From positions 352,001 to 416,000 of the forward strand of contig CAVXTH010000005.1 of NCBI GenBank assembly GCA_963764625.1: a DNA stretch of 64,000 nucleotides, given 5' to 3'. Positions within the stretch are counted from its first letter, which is position 1; each line of letters starts with the position of its first letter. The notes beneath the pieces are model-generated. The model did no database searches. It saw only the letters and a program-made list of their open reading frames with translations, and had not been told where the DNA came from. The stretch comes from Candidatus Krumholzibacteriota bacterium. GTDB taxonomy: Bacteria; Krumholzibacteriota; Krumholzibacteriia; JAJRXK01. Below are positions 1 to 11,365 of the stretch, one piece after another. The translations under genes were made by a program, and so were the position numbers.

Positions 1-1514
1 GCCGGTACTTCCGTGGAAATCGACCATGACCGCGGCATACCCCGCGCCAGCGTAGGCCTGGGGATTCCAGCGGTAGTGGAAGTCGTTTCCAAAACTGCCC
101 TGCGGTCCACCGTGGATGAGAAAGGCCACCGGATATTTCTTCGACTCGTCGAAGTTCGCCGGCTTGACGACATAGCAATAAACCTCGTCGCTGTCCGCAC
201 CGGTGAAAGTGAACTGTTCGGGCTCACCCATAGCGGTCTGCGCGATTCTCGCATCGTTGATGTGGGTGATTCGCTTGTAGTTCTTTCCGTCGAGCTGAAT
301 GGAATAGAGCTCCACCGGTGACTGCAAGTGGTCCAAGCCGAAGACGATGAGATCCTTGGCCAACACTGGACCACGCACGGTTCCCATCGAGTGCAGGAGC
401 GTGTGCTTGCCGTTCTTCACATCGATTCTCCACAGAGCGACCTGACCCAGGTTCGCTCCATAGGCGTAGACGCTTTTACCCTTGGGCCCGAAGAGCAATC
501 CACGGAAACTCCGATCGAAGTCCTGAGTGAGCGGGCGCGCTTGGCCCGCGCTCATGTTCGAACCGTTCCAGTCGCGCAGCACGATGCGCAGGCGATCCGA
601 TTCGTATCCCGCGCGCTCCATGGCCAGATAGGCCAGGGTCTTTCCATCGGGCGAGAACACCGGCCCGGTGTCCCACGCGGGATTGTCGACCGTCAGGTTC
701 TTTGGCGCTTGCGATCCGTCGATGGGCGCGACGTAGAGGTCGTAGTTCGTGGACCAGGCCTCTTCGCGTCCCGCGGTGCACATGGAGAACACCAGGGCCT
801 TGCTGTCGGGGGTAAAGCGATCTCCTCGGGCCCGCCGAAGGGCTGGCTGGGGGTGTCTCCGTCGAGGGAGGCACTCACGTCGACGCTCGGTCCGTGCTCG
901 ACCGAACGGGCGAAGAGGTGACTGCGGCGTCCGTCCTCCCAGGTGTCCCAGTGGCGGACGAAGAGGCGATCGTAGACACGTCCGGTGTAGGGACGATCCT
1001 CGATTTCCTTCAGCTTCTTCACGGTGCAATCCACGTCGGGGCAATCGACGAAGACCTCCATGGTGTAGGCGACGGTCTTGCCGTCGGGAGAGAGTTTGAG
1101 ATTGCCCACGTCGAGGGGTTCGTCGGTGACCGGCTCCGCCTCTCCCCCATGGGTCGCGATACGCCACACCTGACTCTTGCCGCTACGGGAGGACAAGAAG
1201 TAGATCCACTTCCCATCGGGTGACCAGAGGGGCGAAGTGTCGTTCTCGGGATTCGTGGTGAGCTGGCGTAAATTCGAACCGTCGAGGTTCACGGTCCACA
1301 GATCGCTACGTCCGCGGTTCGCCTCGAGGTCGGTGGTTCGGACCGAGAACGCCAAGGTGCTGCCGTCGGGCGAAGCCGCCGGGCTGCTGACTCGCTCCAT
1401 GGCCAGCATGTCGTGAACGCTGAAAGGATGAGTCTGTGCATCCTCTCCGCGGGCAGGAGTGAATCCCATGAATAGAATCATCATCGCCAAAACGAGGCGG
1501 CTCGTAGTACGCAC
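1..1514 (-). CDS. S9 family prolyl oligopeptidase / dipeptidyl peptidase, secreted; 3'-partial at window edge; one frameshift near 815
   Basis: GTG at 1514 with GGGAG RBS; signal peptide; SPDG beta-propeller repeats. Restoring one T in GCT-TTA-CCC (~815) gives 'EEIAFTPDSK', and the new frame runs to 'YPVAFLIHGGPQGSFGNDFHYRWNPQ...VDFHGSTG' at the window start. Confidence 0.9.
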
Positions 1515-1625
1515 CTTCAGCTCCCGAAGTGGTTGGAGAAAAGAGATCACTGATATACTCACGAGGAACCCGCGCAGACTAGAACGATCCACGAATTGGT
1601 TCAAGTACGCAGGCACGCCAGGGGC

Positions 1626-3705
1626 CTACATGGAGTCTCCCTCCGTCGTCTCGGGGCCCGGCTCCAGTTCGTACTCCAGCTGCGTGGGTGGCTCTGAGTG
1701 CGATCCTTCGCTCAGGTAGGCGGTGAGCCAGCGCAGCATCCTCAAATTGTAGTCGTAACGTGCTGCACACTTGCGATTGCCGTGACCTTCTCCGGGATAC
1801 AGAACGAGGCGCACCGGAGTCTCGGTTCTGGTCTTGATGTGGCGGTACAACTCACGAGCCTGCCCCACGTCGACCCGTGGATCGTCCTTGCCGTGCACGA
1901 TCAAGAGCGGCGTGCGGGCCTGTCCCGCGTAGTAGATCGGACTACGCTCGAGGAAAAGGTCCCAATTATCGAACGTTCGTTTGCGTTGATGAACCAGGAA
2001 CATCTCCTCGGGAATGTCGCTGGTACCGAACTTGGAGATCTCGTCGCTGATTCCGGCGAACATCACGCCGGCAGCAAATCGCTCGGTGTATCGGGTGCAG
2101 AGCCACGCCGTGGCATACCCTCCATACGAGCCTCCGGTCACCCCGACTCGGTCCTTGTCGACCAGACCGGTCTGGATGAGGTGATCGACCCCGTCGACGA
2201 GATCGTTGAACTCCGCGCCGGCAAAATCTCCGTGATCCGCCTTCGAGAAGGGCACCCCGTAGCCGGTGCTGCCCCGGTAATTCGCCATGAACACCGCCAT
2301 GTTACGCCCCGCCGCTACCTGCCCTGGATTCACATAGCGCGTCACCCATCCATTCAAGTGGTGGGACTCCGGCCCCCCGTGGACGTAGAGCACGAGCGGA
2401 TAGCGGTGCCCGGACTCCTCGTCCAGGGGATGAATGAGTACGCCCTCGATGTTCTGCCCATCACGCGCCGCGTAGTGAACGACCTCTTGCCGGGCGAGAT
2501 CGACCTCGTCGAGCCAGGAGTTTGAATGGCTCATCCGGGTTGGATTCTTGTGCTTGCGATCCATGACGAAGACTTCACGCGGATACTGGGGTGAGTCCCC
2601 CACGCAGGCGAGGGTATTCCCGTCGCTCGAAACCTGCACTCCTTGCAGAATGGGACCGCCCGTATCGACGAGCACCTTCGGCTTTCCCTCGAGATCAACT
2701 TCTCCCAGCTGCGTCCAAGCCCCGATTGAAGCGGTGTAGAGGACCTCGCTGGCGTTCTTCCAGGCAATCGAGTTCACTTCGCCCGTTTCGAAGAGCCCGG
2801 GAAGAAGATCACTGAACTCACCGGTATGCGTGTCAGCGAGCATCAACCGTCCGGGCGAAGGATCGTGAAGATCGATGCTGAGCAGCATGGCCAGGTGGCT
2901 TCCGTCCGGACTCCACTTTACCGCGCCGACCTTACCGGGATTCTCGACTTTCTGCAGGATCTTCCCCGTCCTTGCGTCGATGATGCGGATTTTCCGTTTC
3001 ATGTAATGGTCATCGATCAAGGGGGTGGGCGCGATCGCCACCGCCAGGCGTTCGTCCACCGGGCTGTAGCGCAAGAGAGAGGGATTCCCCTCGAGAGGCA
3101 ACATCGCGGCTGCTTGCGCTCCCGCCGCGGGATCGAAGTCGGCCACGTAGATGTGGGTGTACCGCAGATCCTCTTCGTAGATCTCGGGCGCGATACCCTC
3201 CTTCTTCAGTTCTTCCTTCCGCTTCGACTTCTCGTCTGCGGCTAGAAACGCCACGCGCGGCGTTCCCATTGAATGCGTATGACTGAATGTCGGTCTCGTG
3301 GGTGAGCACGCGATGGGCCTCTCCCCCGTCGAGCGCGATCGTGTAGAGACTCTTTGCCTCATCTCCCTCTCTCTTGGCGAGAAAGGCGATCTCGCTTCCG
3401 TTCAAAATCCAGCGCGGCTCAGCCACCCTCACCTTGCCCGCCACATAGGGACGCGAGCTCCCGTCACGCGTGTCGAGCACGTGCAGCTCGACCCATGCGG
3501 GTCCGTCTTCCTCCGCAAAGGGGACGCGTGGAACATCGAGCGTGTAGGCCACCCATATGCCGCTGGGCGAGACCTGCACCTCCCCCACCGTCTGCGTGCT
3601 GGCCACCTGCTCGGGAGTGAGCGGCTCGGCGATACCTGGCCCTGCCCAGGCGAGGAGAAGCAGCAGAGAAATCCACATCGCGGTTCGAACGGAAAACTGA
3701 CGCAT
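1626..3705 (-). CDS. S9 family peptidase (acylaminoacyl/dipeptidyl aminopeptidase), secreted; frameshift near 3265
   Basis: N-terminus MRQFSVRT...AWAGPGIA (signal peptide) lies in ORF 3010..4086. The catalytic part lies in ORF 1626..3362: HGGP, GGSYGG nucleophile elbow, DPRV Asp, GEGHG His. Confidence 0.9.
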
Positions 3706-3776
3706 GGCTCTCGAATTCCTTTCCTGGGTACGATGGAGGTAACGGGGCATAAGGTTATCACCGCAGGCGACGAGGC

Positions 3777-3796
3777 AAAAGCCCCCGGAAGGAGGC
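3777..3796 (-). terminator. Intrinsic terminator after the decarboxylase
   Basis: Minus strand reads GCCTCC-TTCC-GGGGGC followed by TTTT. Confidence 0.55.
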
Positions 3797-3806
3797 CGGT
3801 GGAAAA

Positions 3807-5247
3807 TCACTGGTCGACCTGCCGTGTCCTGCAGCAAGCGCCAAGTCTGCCGAAGGTGGGTCCGGCGGGTCCTCAGATTGCCGATGGCCAGACGCAAAGC
3901 AAACGCGCCGCGTACGATGGTATGGGACAGAAAAGCCTGTCCCGAAGCGTTGACCGTCGAGAGAATGGACTGGTTGTGCGCTTCGAGCGCTCGTTCGTCC
4001 GTCATTCCATCGGGGTGGTGGCGAAAGAGCACGGTGCTCATGGGAGCCGGAGCGAGCTGTTCCCAGTCTCCGCCCCCTTGATCCACGATTGCAGCTCGCG
4101 GGCGAGCTGACGTGATACCGGATGCGCGCCGCGATCCCCTCGCTCCCGTAGGCCCGGATCACCATCCACAGTTTCAAGGAGCGGAAGCGTCGGCCCAATG
4201 CCGGCCCATAGTCACTGAGATTTCTGGCGATTTTGTCCTCTGGGGTTTCCAGATAAGAGGGGACCAACGAGAATGTCCTGCGAAGAGTCTCCGCATCTCT
4301 GCAGAAGAGAACGCTGCAATCCATCGGAACGAAGAGCCATTTGTGCGGATTCACCACGAGTGAATCAGCGTGTTCGCATCCATCCAGCACCCATCGGAAC
4401 TCCTCGACCACCCCCATCGCGCCTCCGTAGGCAGCGTCAACGTGGAGCCAGATTCCTCTCTTCCGACAAATCCGGCCATGGCGCCAACTGGATCGACGCT
4501 GGTGGTTCCTGTGGTTCCTACCGTGGCGACCACGGCCATGGGCAGAGAGCCTGCCTTGACGTCGCCCGCGATCGCCCTCTTCAACGCGTCCGGGCGCAGG
4601 CGGAACTCGTCATCGACTCCGATCTTGACCACGCTACTACTTCCCAGACCCAAGAGGAGTGCGGCCCTCTCCACCGAGGAGTGCGCCTCCTCGCTGCAAT
4701 AGACGCGCAACGGGGGAAAAGAACGCAGTCCTCGCTCACGCACTTCTCCATTCGTGGCCTGATGCCGCGCCGCCGCGAGGGCGGCGATGGTCGCCGTGCT
4801 GGCCGTATCGTGGATCATTCCGAAAAGGCCCGCGGGCAGACCCAACATCTGGCGCAGCCAATCACACGCCACCATCTCCATTTCAGTCGAGGCAGGGCCA
4901 CTTCTCCACACCATCGCATTGTTGTTGAGTGCAGCGGACAGGGTCTCCGCGATGATGCCCGGGCCGCTTCCCGTGTTGGCGAACCACGCGTGGAACGAAG
5001 GGTGATTCCAGTGGGTGGTGGCCGGAGGAACGAGGCGCGCGAAATCGGCGAGGATCTGTTCCATGTCCTGCGCGTGCGCAGGAGGCTTCGGGGAGAGCTG
5101 CCGCGCGAAGTCGCCGGGCTCGATCGACGGGAAGACGTCTTGCTGTTCGATCGTGGCCAGGTATTCGCCGACCCATTCGGCCGCGGCCTGCAGATGTCGA
5201 GTGATCTCTTCCGGGGAAAGATCGCCCAGGTGCTCGTCGCGTTCCAT
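3807..5247 (-). CDS. PLP-dependent group II (aromatic-L-amino-acid-type) decarboxylase; 3-4 frameshifts (~4470, ~4110, ~4075, possibly ~3815)
   Basis: THWNHPSFHAWF, AHSSVERAA, ATVGTTGTTSVD, WLHVDAAYGG (after frame repair), NPHKW PLP-lysine, GRRFRSLKLW and LRLAIGN are spread over ORFs 4351..5298, 3758..4417 and 3010..4086. Confidence 0.88.
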
Positions 5248-5307
5248 CGAGTCTCGCCCCCCAAGAAACCGTGAGTGGATCTCGGGGGAATTGTGCACCG
5301 GTCCGGC

Positions 5308-5346
5308 ACAAAAGAAAAGGCCGGCCGGGCAATGCCCGGCCGGCCT
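5308..5346 (-). terminator. Strong intrinsic terminator
   Basis: 13-bp stem AGGCCGGCCGGGC/GCCCGGCCGGCCT followed on the minus strand by a TTTCTTTT tract, ~20 nt after the stop at 5368. Confidence 0.85.
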
Positions 5347-5367
5347 CAGGAACCGAAGATGATCTAA

Positions 5368-8300
5368 TTACTTGATCAGAGCCATCTTCTTCACGACCTC
5401 CGAATTCATGGTCTTCACCTTGTAGAGGTAAATACCAGTGGAGACGGACGCGCCATGGGTGTCCTTGCCGTTCCAGATCACAGTGTGGTCTCCAGCATCC
5501 TGGATGCCGTCGGCCAGAGTCGTGACCAGTGCCCCATGCAAGTTGTACACCTTGATGCTGACCTGTCCTTTGATCGGCATCGAGTACTTGATGGTTGTGC
5601 TGGGGTTGAACGGATTCGGGTAGTTCTGGCTGACCACGAGCTTCTTGGGAAGCACGCCGGCGCCAGTCGCCGTTCCGGCAGACTTGCCGAACGAAGCGAG
5701 AATTTCACCCAACAGATAGGACCGAGCAGTGTTCGGACCCGTCGAGGAGGGATTCGTGAACTGATCGCGGATGAAGAGCGGATCGTACGGGAAGGTGATG
5801 TCCACCTTGCGGAATCCGTTCTCCGTGCGATCCCAGTAGATGCTCGCAGCGTGGGTCGTCGGATAGAACGTACCATTCGGCTGCGTGAACTCATGTCCAA
5901 CCACCGCACCGGAACCACCGACGGGCTCAATGACGTCCCAGTCATTGATCACGAGGCAGCCACCATAGGGGCTGAAGTTGGTCACAAAGTATCCACCAGG
6001 AACCGCGCCAGTCGGCTTCACGAGCGCGGCGGTCTGGTCATCGAGACCGATCGACGTGTTCATGTTGCCGTTGACGAACTGGACGCCCAGCACAGTCGCC
6101 AGGAAGCCAGTGTTCGTTTGATTGGCCATGGCCTGCGCGAAGTTCTCACCGAAGTAAGCCGAGAAGCGGTCGCCATCCTGGGCGTGCCAATCCGTCACCA
6201 AGCTGACGTCATCGGCCCAGTCATTAGCGTTCACTCCCTTGTTACCATTGCTCAGGGCAGGCTCGGTGAGATTGCCCAGGGTGTAGAACAAGCAGTCATA
6301 TCCGGCCAACTGGCCCGCGGTCGCGCCGTGCTCGCCGGCGGAACCCAGACCGTTACCCATACCGGAGGACGAACCCTTCGTGGTGTAGGTATCGAAGTCG
6401 CGGCCTTCCAACATTCCGTTCTGCGCGAACGCCAGAAGCATCTCTTCTTCGCCACCGCGGTGCTCGAAGTCGTTCCACCACAGCGCCGAGGGCTGACCGC
6501 CACCGCCATCGATGGTCGGCAGGGCCCGCATCTGGTAGGCACGCGGGTACGTCGTGTTTTCAGCGAAGTTCAGGAAGTCGCTGATATCAGCCACGGTCCG
6601 GCTCACACCGGGAGTAGGTGACTGATCGTCCTGGAATTCCAGGTAGTAGTGAACGACGTCACCGGGGAACACCAGCGAGTCTTCATCCGCGTGCTGGAAG
6701 AGGCCGTAGCCCAGACCATCAGGCAGATCGAAGAAGTAGGTGTCCGGCACCGGAGAGCCACTGACCGTGCTCTGCTGACCATCGACATCGTAGGTGTAGA
6801 TCGGCCAACCGCTGTGAGCGGTATCAGTGGAACTTCCAGCCAAGGTGTAGTTGTTCACAACAGCAGCACCGTTCGCACGCACCGTCTGGTTGAAAACGGG
6901 GTTCTGCAGCTGAGCCACGTACATCTTGCCGAAGTCCGGCAAGCTGGAGCCCGGAATGATGGTCTTCACGTTGACGGCCAAGGAGTCCTGCGGGACGTAG
7001 ATGGTCGTCGAGGCACCCGTACCACCGATGTTGGCACCGGGGTCGAAACGGACGGCCGAGGTGGTCGTACCGTTCGGCGGGAAAGCATCGTTGAAGAGGC
7101 TGTTACCGGGAACGGTGATGACCGGTCCACCAATCTCAAACCTCTTCACGTAGACGTTATCGAAGTCAGGAGCGGGCGTTGCGTCCCCGCTGGGAGACCC
7201 AGTGAACGCAACCGCCGCATCACGGCCCATGAACGCGATCTGGACGGAGTCGGCTCCAGTCGTGACTTTGTCCGTGATGTCCAGAACCACGTTCGCCCAG
7301 TCGTTGGAGGGATGGTAATAGTGGTAGGGGTCATCCTGCCACGGAGTCCAACCACCGGATACCGGATCATGGCTACGGATACTCCAGCGCCAGAAGATCC
7401 AGTTCGGGGAAAGAGGCAGATCCACCCAGTCGGTGAAGCCCATCCAGAACCCACCATTGGTGGCGGGCTGACCGGCAGCGATGTCGATGACCGGCGAGAT
7501 GAACTTGTTGTACACACCGCCGTCACCCGCGGGGAGAAGTCCGCCCTGGTACTCGAACACGGTGCCCGCGCCCGGACCAGAAGGAATCCCGTAGGAGGTG
7601 CTTCCCACCGAAGCGGGAACCGGCGTCGCGGAGTTGTTCACACCGCTACCGTCGTTGATGAACGACAGCATCGGGGTGTTGTTCTCACGACAGACATCGA
7701 TGTCGCCCTCGACGAAGGCCGCGATGATCTTCGAGAAGTCACCGTTGAAGGTGGAAGGAGTCGGCACCCAGCCAGCGGTTCCAGTAGCGGAACCGTTGTT
7801 GATACCACTGATGTCACCTTCGGGCTCGTCGACGATCGTGGCGCCCTCCCAGTCAGCGTTGCTGACCAGGTTGCCATCCACGTAGACATTGATGTCGTCG
7901 AGGAAAGCGCCACCGCGTCCGGCGGAGGGGCGACCATCTTCGTCCGACCAACCACTATCGGAATTCGCCGCGATACGCAGCTGGATGTGGTCGTGGCTAC
8001 TGCCATCAACAACGTAGTCAGCCGTGTGATAGACGATTCCGCCGGAGACACCGTCCTGCGCAGGATCGCTCGAATCGAAGTAGCGAGCCTTGTACTGCCA
8101 AGGCCGGAGTCCCTTGGTTGTCTAATCCGTAGGTCGAAACGTCGAGCGCAGCCACGGTGTTCCAGCCTGAGTCCGCCGAGTACCACTCGAACGTCAGGAA
8201 GTCACAGCAGGACTCCAGATCGGCCTTGTAGTATGCGGTAAACTGGACGGTGGCGTCCGCGCCGGACGTATGACTCGTGGTGCTCATGTCGAAGTCGAGA

Positions 8301-8827
8301 ATGAGCCAGTCCTTCCACAGGTTTCCGTAGCCGGTGTAGTCCACCGCGCTCGCGGGCTCGTGGTGAGCAGCGACAACCTGGTTGGGGTTCCCGGTTCCGG
8401 GATCAGGGAAGAGACTGTCGACAGCGACCCCTAACATCGTAGACCCACCATTGACGGTCGAACCATGCCAATGAACTGGCGGCTCGGTCAGGTCTTCCGA
8501 AGTCCATCCCTGCAGCTGCGGAGATCCGCCAGCCAGGAAGGTCTGAAACATGCCGTCCGGCCAGGGCGACGGAGACGCATGCGTGTTCGCGTTCGTAAAG
8601 GAGGCTGGCCCTCCGTAAATGTAGAAGGTGTCCGATCCGGCCTTCGCGAGGCCGTTATTGACACCCGAGTAAACTTTGGAAATCTGATTGCCATTCTGGT
8701 CCGCGTACTTCAGCGGCCCTTCGTGGTTCGTTGCCACGGGGCCGTTCCCCCCGTCGACGGCGAAAGCAGCGCTTACACCGAAGACAGCGAGGACGAGGCA
8801 CAACGCGAGAATGCTAGTTCTCTTCAT
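5368..8827 (-). CDS. Large (~1150 aa) secreted/surface protein with C-terminal FlgD-Ig / T9SS type-A-like domain; frameshift ~8110-8140
   Basis: Signal peptide MKRTSILALCLVLAVFGVSAAFA with GGGAGG RBS. The frame switch gives 'WQYKARYFDSSD...QLRIAANSDSGWSDEDG', continuous with ORF 5368..7881. Ends 'QNYPNPFNPSTTIKY...WNGKD...VSTGIYLY...KKMALIK'. Confidence 0.85.
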
Positions 8828-8944
8828 GCTTGGTCCCTCCCACGTTGATTTCTCAACGACGGTCTGGATTTCAAACTGAGTGAAAGCGTCATGATGCGAG
8901 CACGACACCCCACGATGAGAAGCACGGTCAATGGGCCCACGTTC

Positions 8945-8964
8945 CCCGCGGTTGGAACCGCGGG
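8945..8964. promoter_or_regulatory. Perfect 9-bp inverted repeat (5'-leader hairpin or operator)
   Basis: CCCGCGGTT-GG-AACCGCGGG, ~120 nt upstream of the 8827 start. Confidence 0.4.
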
Positions 8965-9149
8965 TTTCAAGGACGGGTATGGAGTCTAGCTCTTCCGAAA
9001 TGAAGCGCCTTTCTCCAGCGTCGAGTAAGGATCCGGCCTGAAAGAGTGGTGGAACGACATTTCAGGGAAAAACATACATCCCGTTCCATTTACCGTAATC
9101 GCCCCCTCCGAGATCACGGTGGGGACGAAGCTGCTGAGTCGCCGGATGA

Positions 9150-9179
9150 AGTATACCGCAAACCCTTGTGTCAATTCAA
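9150..9179 (-). promoter_or_regulatory. Candidate sigma70 promoter for the surface protein gene
   Basis: Minus strand TTGAAT-N18-TATACT in an AT-richer intergenic stretch. Confidence 0.35.
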
Positions 9180-9310
9180 GCAAGAGAATTCCGCTGGCCC
9201 CACCAGGGCCTTTGAGGTATTCAATGGGGCAGGGCAAGGAGGAGGCAAATCTCATAGCTTCATACAATTCAAAGGATTAACTCATCACTCGAAACGGGGA
9301 GAACACTGGG

Positions 9311-11344
9311 ATGCAGCAGCAAGGGACCTTCGGCGTCATCGGGGCGGGTAACATGGGAAGCGGAATCGCTCAAAAATTGGCCACCGAGGGCTGCCGGGTG
9401 GTCCTGGTCGATCTGGACCGGGCCGCGGTCGAAGGGGGCATCGAGAGAATCCGAACCCTGCTGGGTGAAGCGGAGGAGCGCCGTATCTTCAGCAGCCAGG
9501 AGGTCAAGAGCATTCTGGATCGCATCCATCCCACCTGCCGAATCGAGGATTGCGCCGAGTGCGAACTGGTGATCGAAGCGGTGTTCGAGGACCTGGAGCT
9601 GAAACGCAAGCTCTTCGGGCAACTCGACCGGGCCTGCGGGTCCTCCACCCGCCTGGCCACCAACACCTCGTCCTTCTACGTGAAGGATCTCGCGGCCGCA
9701 ACGAAGCGAGGCGATCGCGTGATCGGGATGCACTTCTTCTACCACCCGGCCAAGAACCGCTTGGTCGAGGTCATTCCGCACTCGCAGACGAGCGAGGAGA
9801 CCAGAAGCTGGGCCTGGGGCTTCGCCGAGATGGTGGGCAAGACTCCCATCCACTCGGCCGACCGGCCCGGCTTCGTGGTAAACCGGTATTTCGTTCCCTG
9901 GCTCAACGAGGCGGTGCGCCTCCTCGAGGAAGAGGTGGCGTCCCTGGCCACCATCGAAGCCGCCAGCAAGAAGGCCTTCCGGATCGGCATGGGGCCCTTC
10001 GAACTCATGAACGTGACCGGGGTGCCCATCGCATGGCACGCAGCCACCACCCTGGGAAATGAACTCGGCCCCTTCTACCAGCCCACCACCATGCTCACCG
10101 CGCAAGGGGAGAGCGGCAAGAACTGGGATCTGGAAGGAGAGGTGGACGAGTCGAAGTTCGAAGCGGTGGCCAACCGGCTCCTGGGCGTCAGCTTTCAGAT
10201 CGCCGGCACCATGATCGACGAACGAGTGTGCAGCATAGAGGACTGCGACATCGGCGCCCGGGTGGGGTTGCGCTGGAGCGAGGGTCCTTTTCAGCTGATC
10301 AATCGCGATGGCCTGGACCGGGCGCGCGGGCGGGTCGAGGCTCTGGTCGAGCGGTATCCCGACCTGGGGATGCCCGCCATCTTGAAGCAAGCCAAGGGGC
10401 CGTTCAGCTTCGAATTGGTGAAGACGAAGGTGGAGGACGGGCTGGCCGAGATCACCCTGAATCGCCCCGACGCGCTCAATGCCCTGAACGAGGAAGTGGT
10501 GGCCCAGCTCTTCGAGGCCTTCGACGAAGTAGAGGGGCGCGACGACGTATCCACCATCGTTCTGAGAGGTGCGGGAAAGGCCTTCGTGGCCGGGGCAGAC
10601 ATCCGCTACTTCGTGAAGCGCATCGAGGCCAAGGACTTTCAAAGAATCCAGAAGTTCACCGAGAAGGGACAGGAGCTCTACCGGCGCATCGATGAGAGCG
10701 AAAAACTGATCATCGCGCGTCTGGATGGGCTCAGTCTGGGAGGAGGCAGCGAGCTCGCGCTATGCGCCGATTGGATTCTGGCGACCGAGAAGGGCAGCAT
10801 GGGGTTTCCCGAGACCGGGATCGGCATCTATCCCGGATTGGGAGGAACCCAGAGAACGCGGCGCAGGGTCGGCCCCGAACTGACGCGCTACCTCTTGCTC
10901 ACCGGCGATTCCGTGGACGCCCAAAGCGCCCTGGCCATGGGGCTCGTGGACGAGGTGGTTTCGATCGACCGGGTCTCCGAGCGAATCGCGGCCCTGCACG
11001 CGGCCGGCAAGTCCGCGCTGCCCGCTTCCGGGACGAACGCGAAGCTGACGCCACGGCTTGCGGCCCTGCGCGATTTCTTCGGCGAAGCGGATCTCGAAGC
11101 GATGCTCGCCGGCGAAGCGCCGGCCCAGGATCCCGCGGTGGAAAAGGCCGCGGCCAAAGTAGCCCGTAAAGCGCCGCTCGCCTGCCGGGCAGTCGATGCC
11201 CTCATCGAGCAGGGGCAGGAAGCGGGGCTCGACGCTGGACTCGCCGCGGAGCTGGCCCACCTGGAGGAGATCTTCCGCAGCAAAGACGCCTACGAAGGCC
11301 TCAGCTCGCTGGGCAAAAGGCGTCCCGAGTTCAAGGGGCGCTGA
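9311..11344 (+). CDS. 3-hydroxyacyl-CoA dehydrogenase / enoyl-CoA hydratase fusion (HAD N-terminal, crotonase C-terminal)
   Basis: GVIGAGNMGSGIA Rossmann motif, EAVFEDLELK, TNTSS, GMHFF, PGFVVNR; then LNRPDALNALN, AFVAGADI, GGGSEL, FPETGIGIYPG. Confidence 0.93.
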   Translation: MQQQGTFGVIGAGNMGSGIAQKLATEGCRVVLVDLDRAAVEGGIERIRTLLGEAEERRIFSSQEVKSILDRIHPTCRIEDCAECELVIEAVFEDLELKRKLFGQLDRACGSSTRLATNTSSFYVKDLAAATKRGDRVIGMHFFYHPAKNRLVEVIPHSQTSEETRSWAWGFAEMVGKTPIHSADRPGFVVNRYFVPWLNEAVRLLEEEVASLATIEAASKKAFRIGMGPFELMNVTGVPIAWHAATTLGNELGPFYQPTTMLTAQGESGKNWDLEGEVDESKFEAVANRLLGVSFQIAGTMIDERVCSIEDCDIGARVGLRWSEGPFQLINRDGLDRARGRVEALVERYPDLGMPAILKQAKGPFSFELVKTKVEDGLAEITLNRPDALNALNEEVVAQLFEAFDEVEGRDDVSTIVLRGAGKAFVAGADIRYFVKRIEAKDFQRIQKFTEKGQELYRRIDESEKLIIARLDGLSLGGGSELALCADWILATEKGSMGFPETGIGIYPGLGGTQRTRRRVGPELTRYLLLTGDSVDAQSALAMGLVDEVVSIDRVSERIAALHAAGKSALPASGTNAKLTPRLAALRDFFGEADLEAMLAGEAPAQDPAVEKAAAKVARKAPLACRAVDALIEQGQEAGLDAGLAAELAHLEEIFRSKDAYEGLSSLGKRRPEFKGR

Positions 11345-11365
11345 GCTTCCCCAACGAGCGCGGGA

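Noticed and set aside
3010-4086. 358-aa ORF appearing to fuse a decarboxylase C-terminus to a peptidase N-terminus
   Set aside because: It reads through a terminator hairpin, and the peptidase has its own ATG and signal peptide at 3705. Artefact of an indel near the decarboxylase stop.
6649-8241. Long antisense ORFs (e.g. 6649..8241 +, 9269..10642 -, 35553..36896 -, 57250..58917 +, 58977..60485 -)
   Set aside because: Shadow ORFs opposite well-supported genes, expected from high-GC codon bias; no motifs or RBS.
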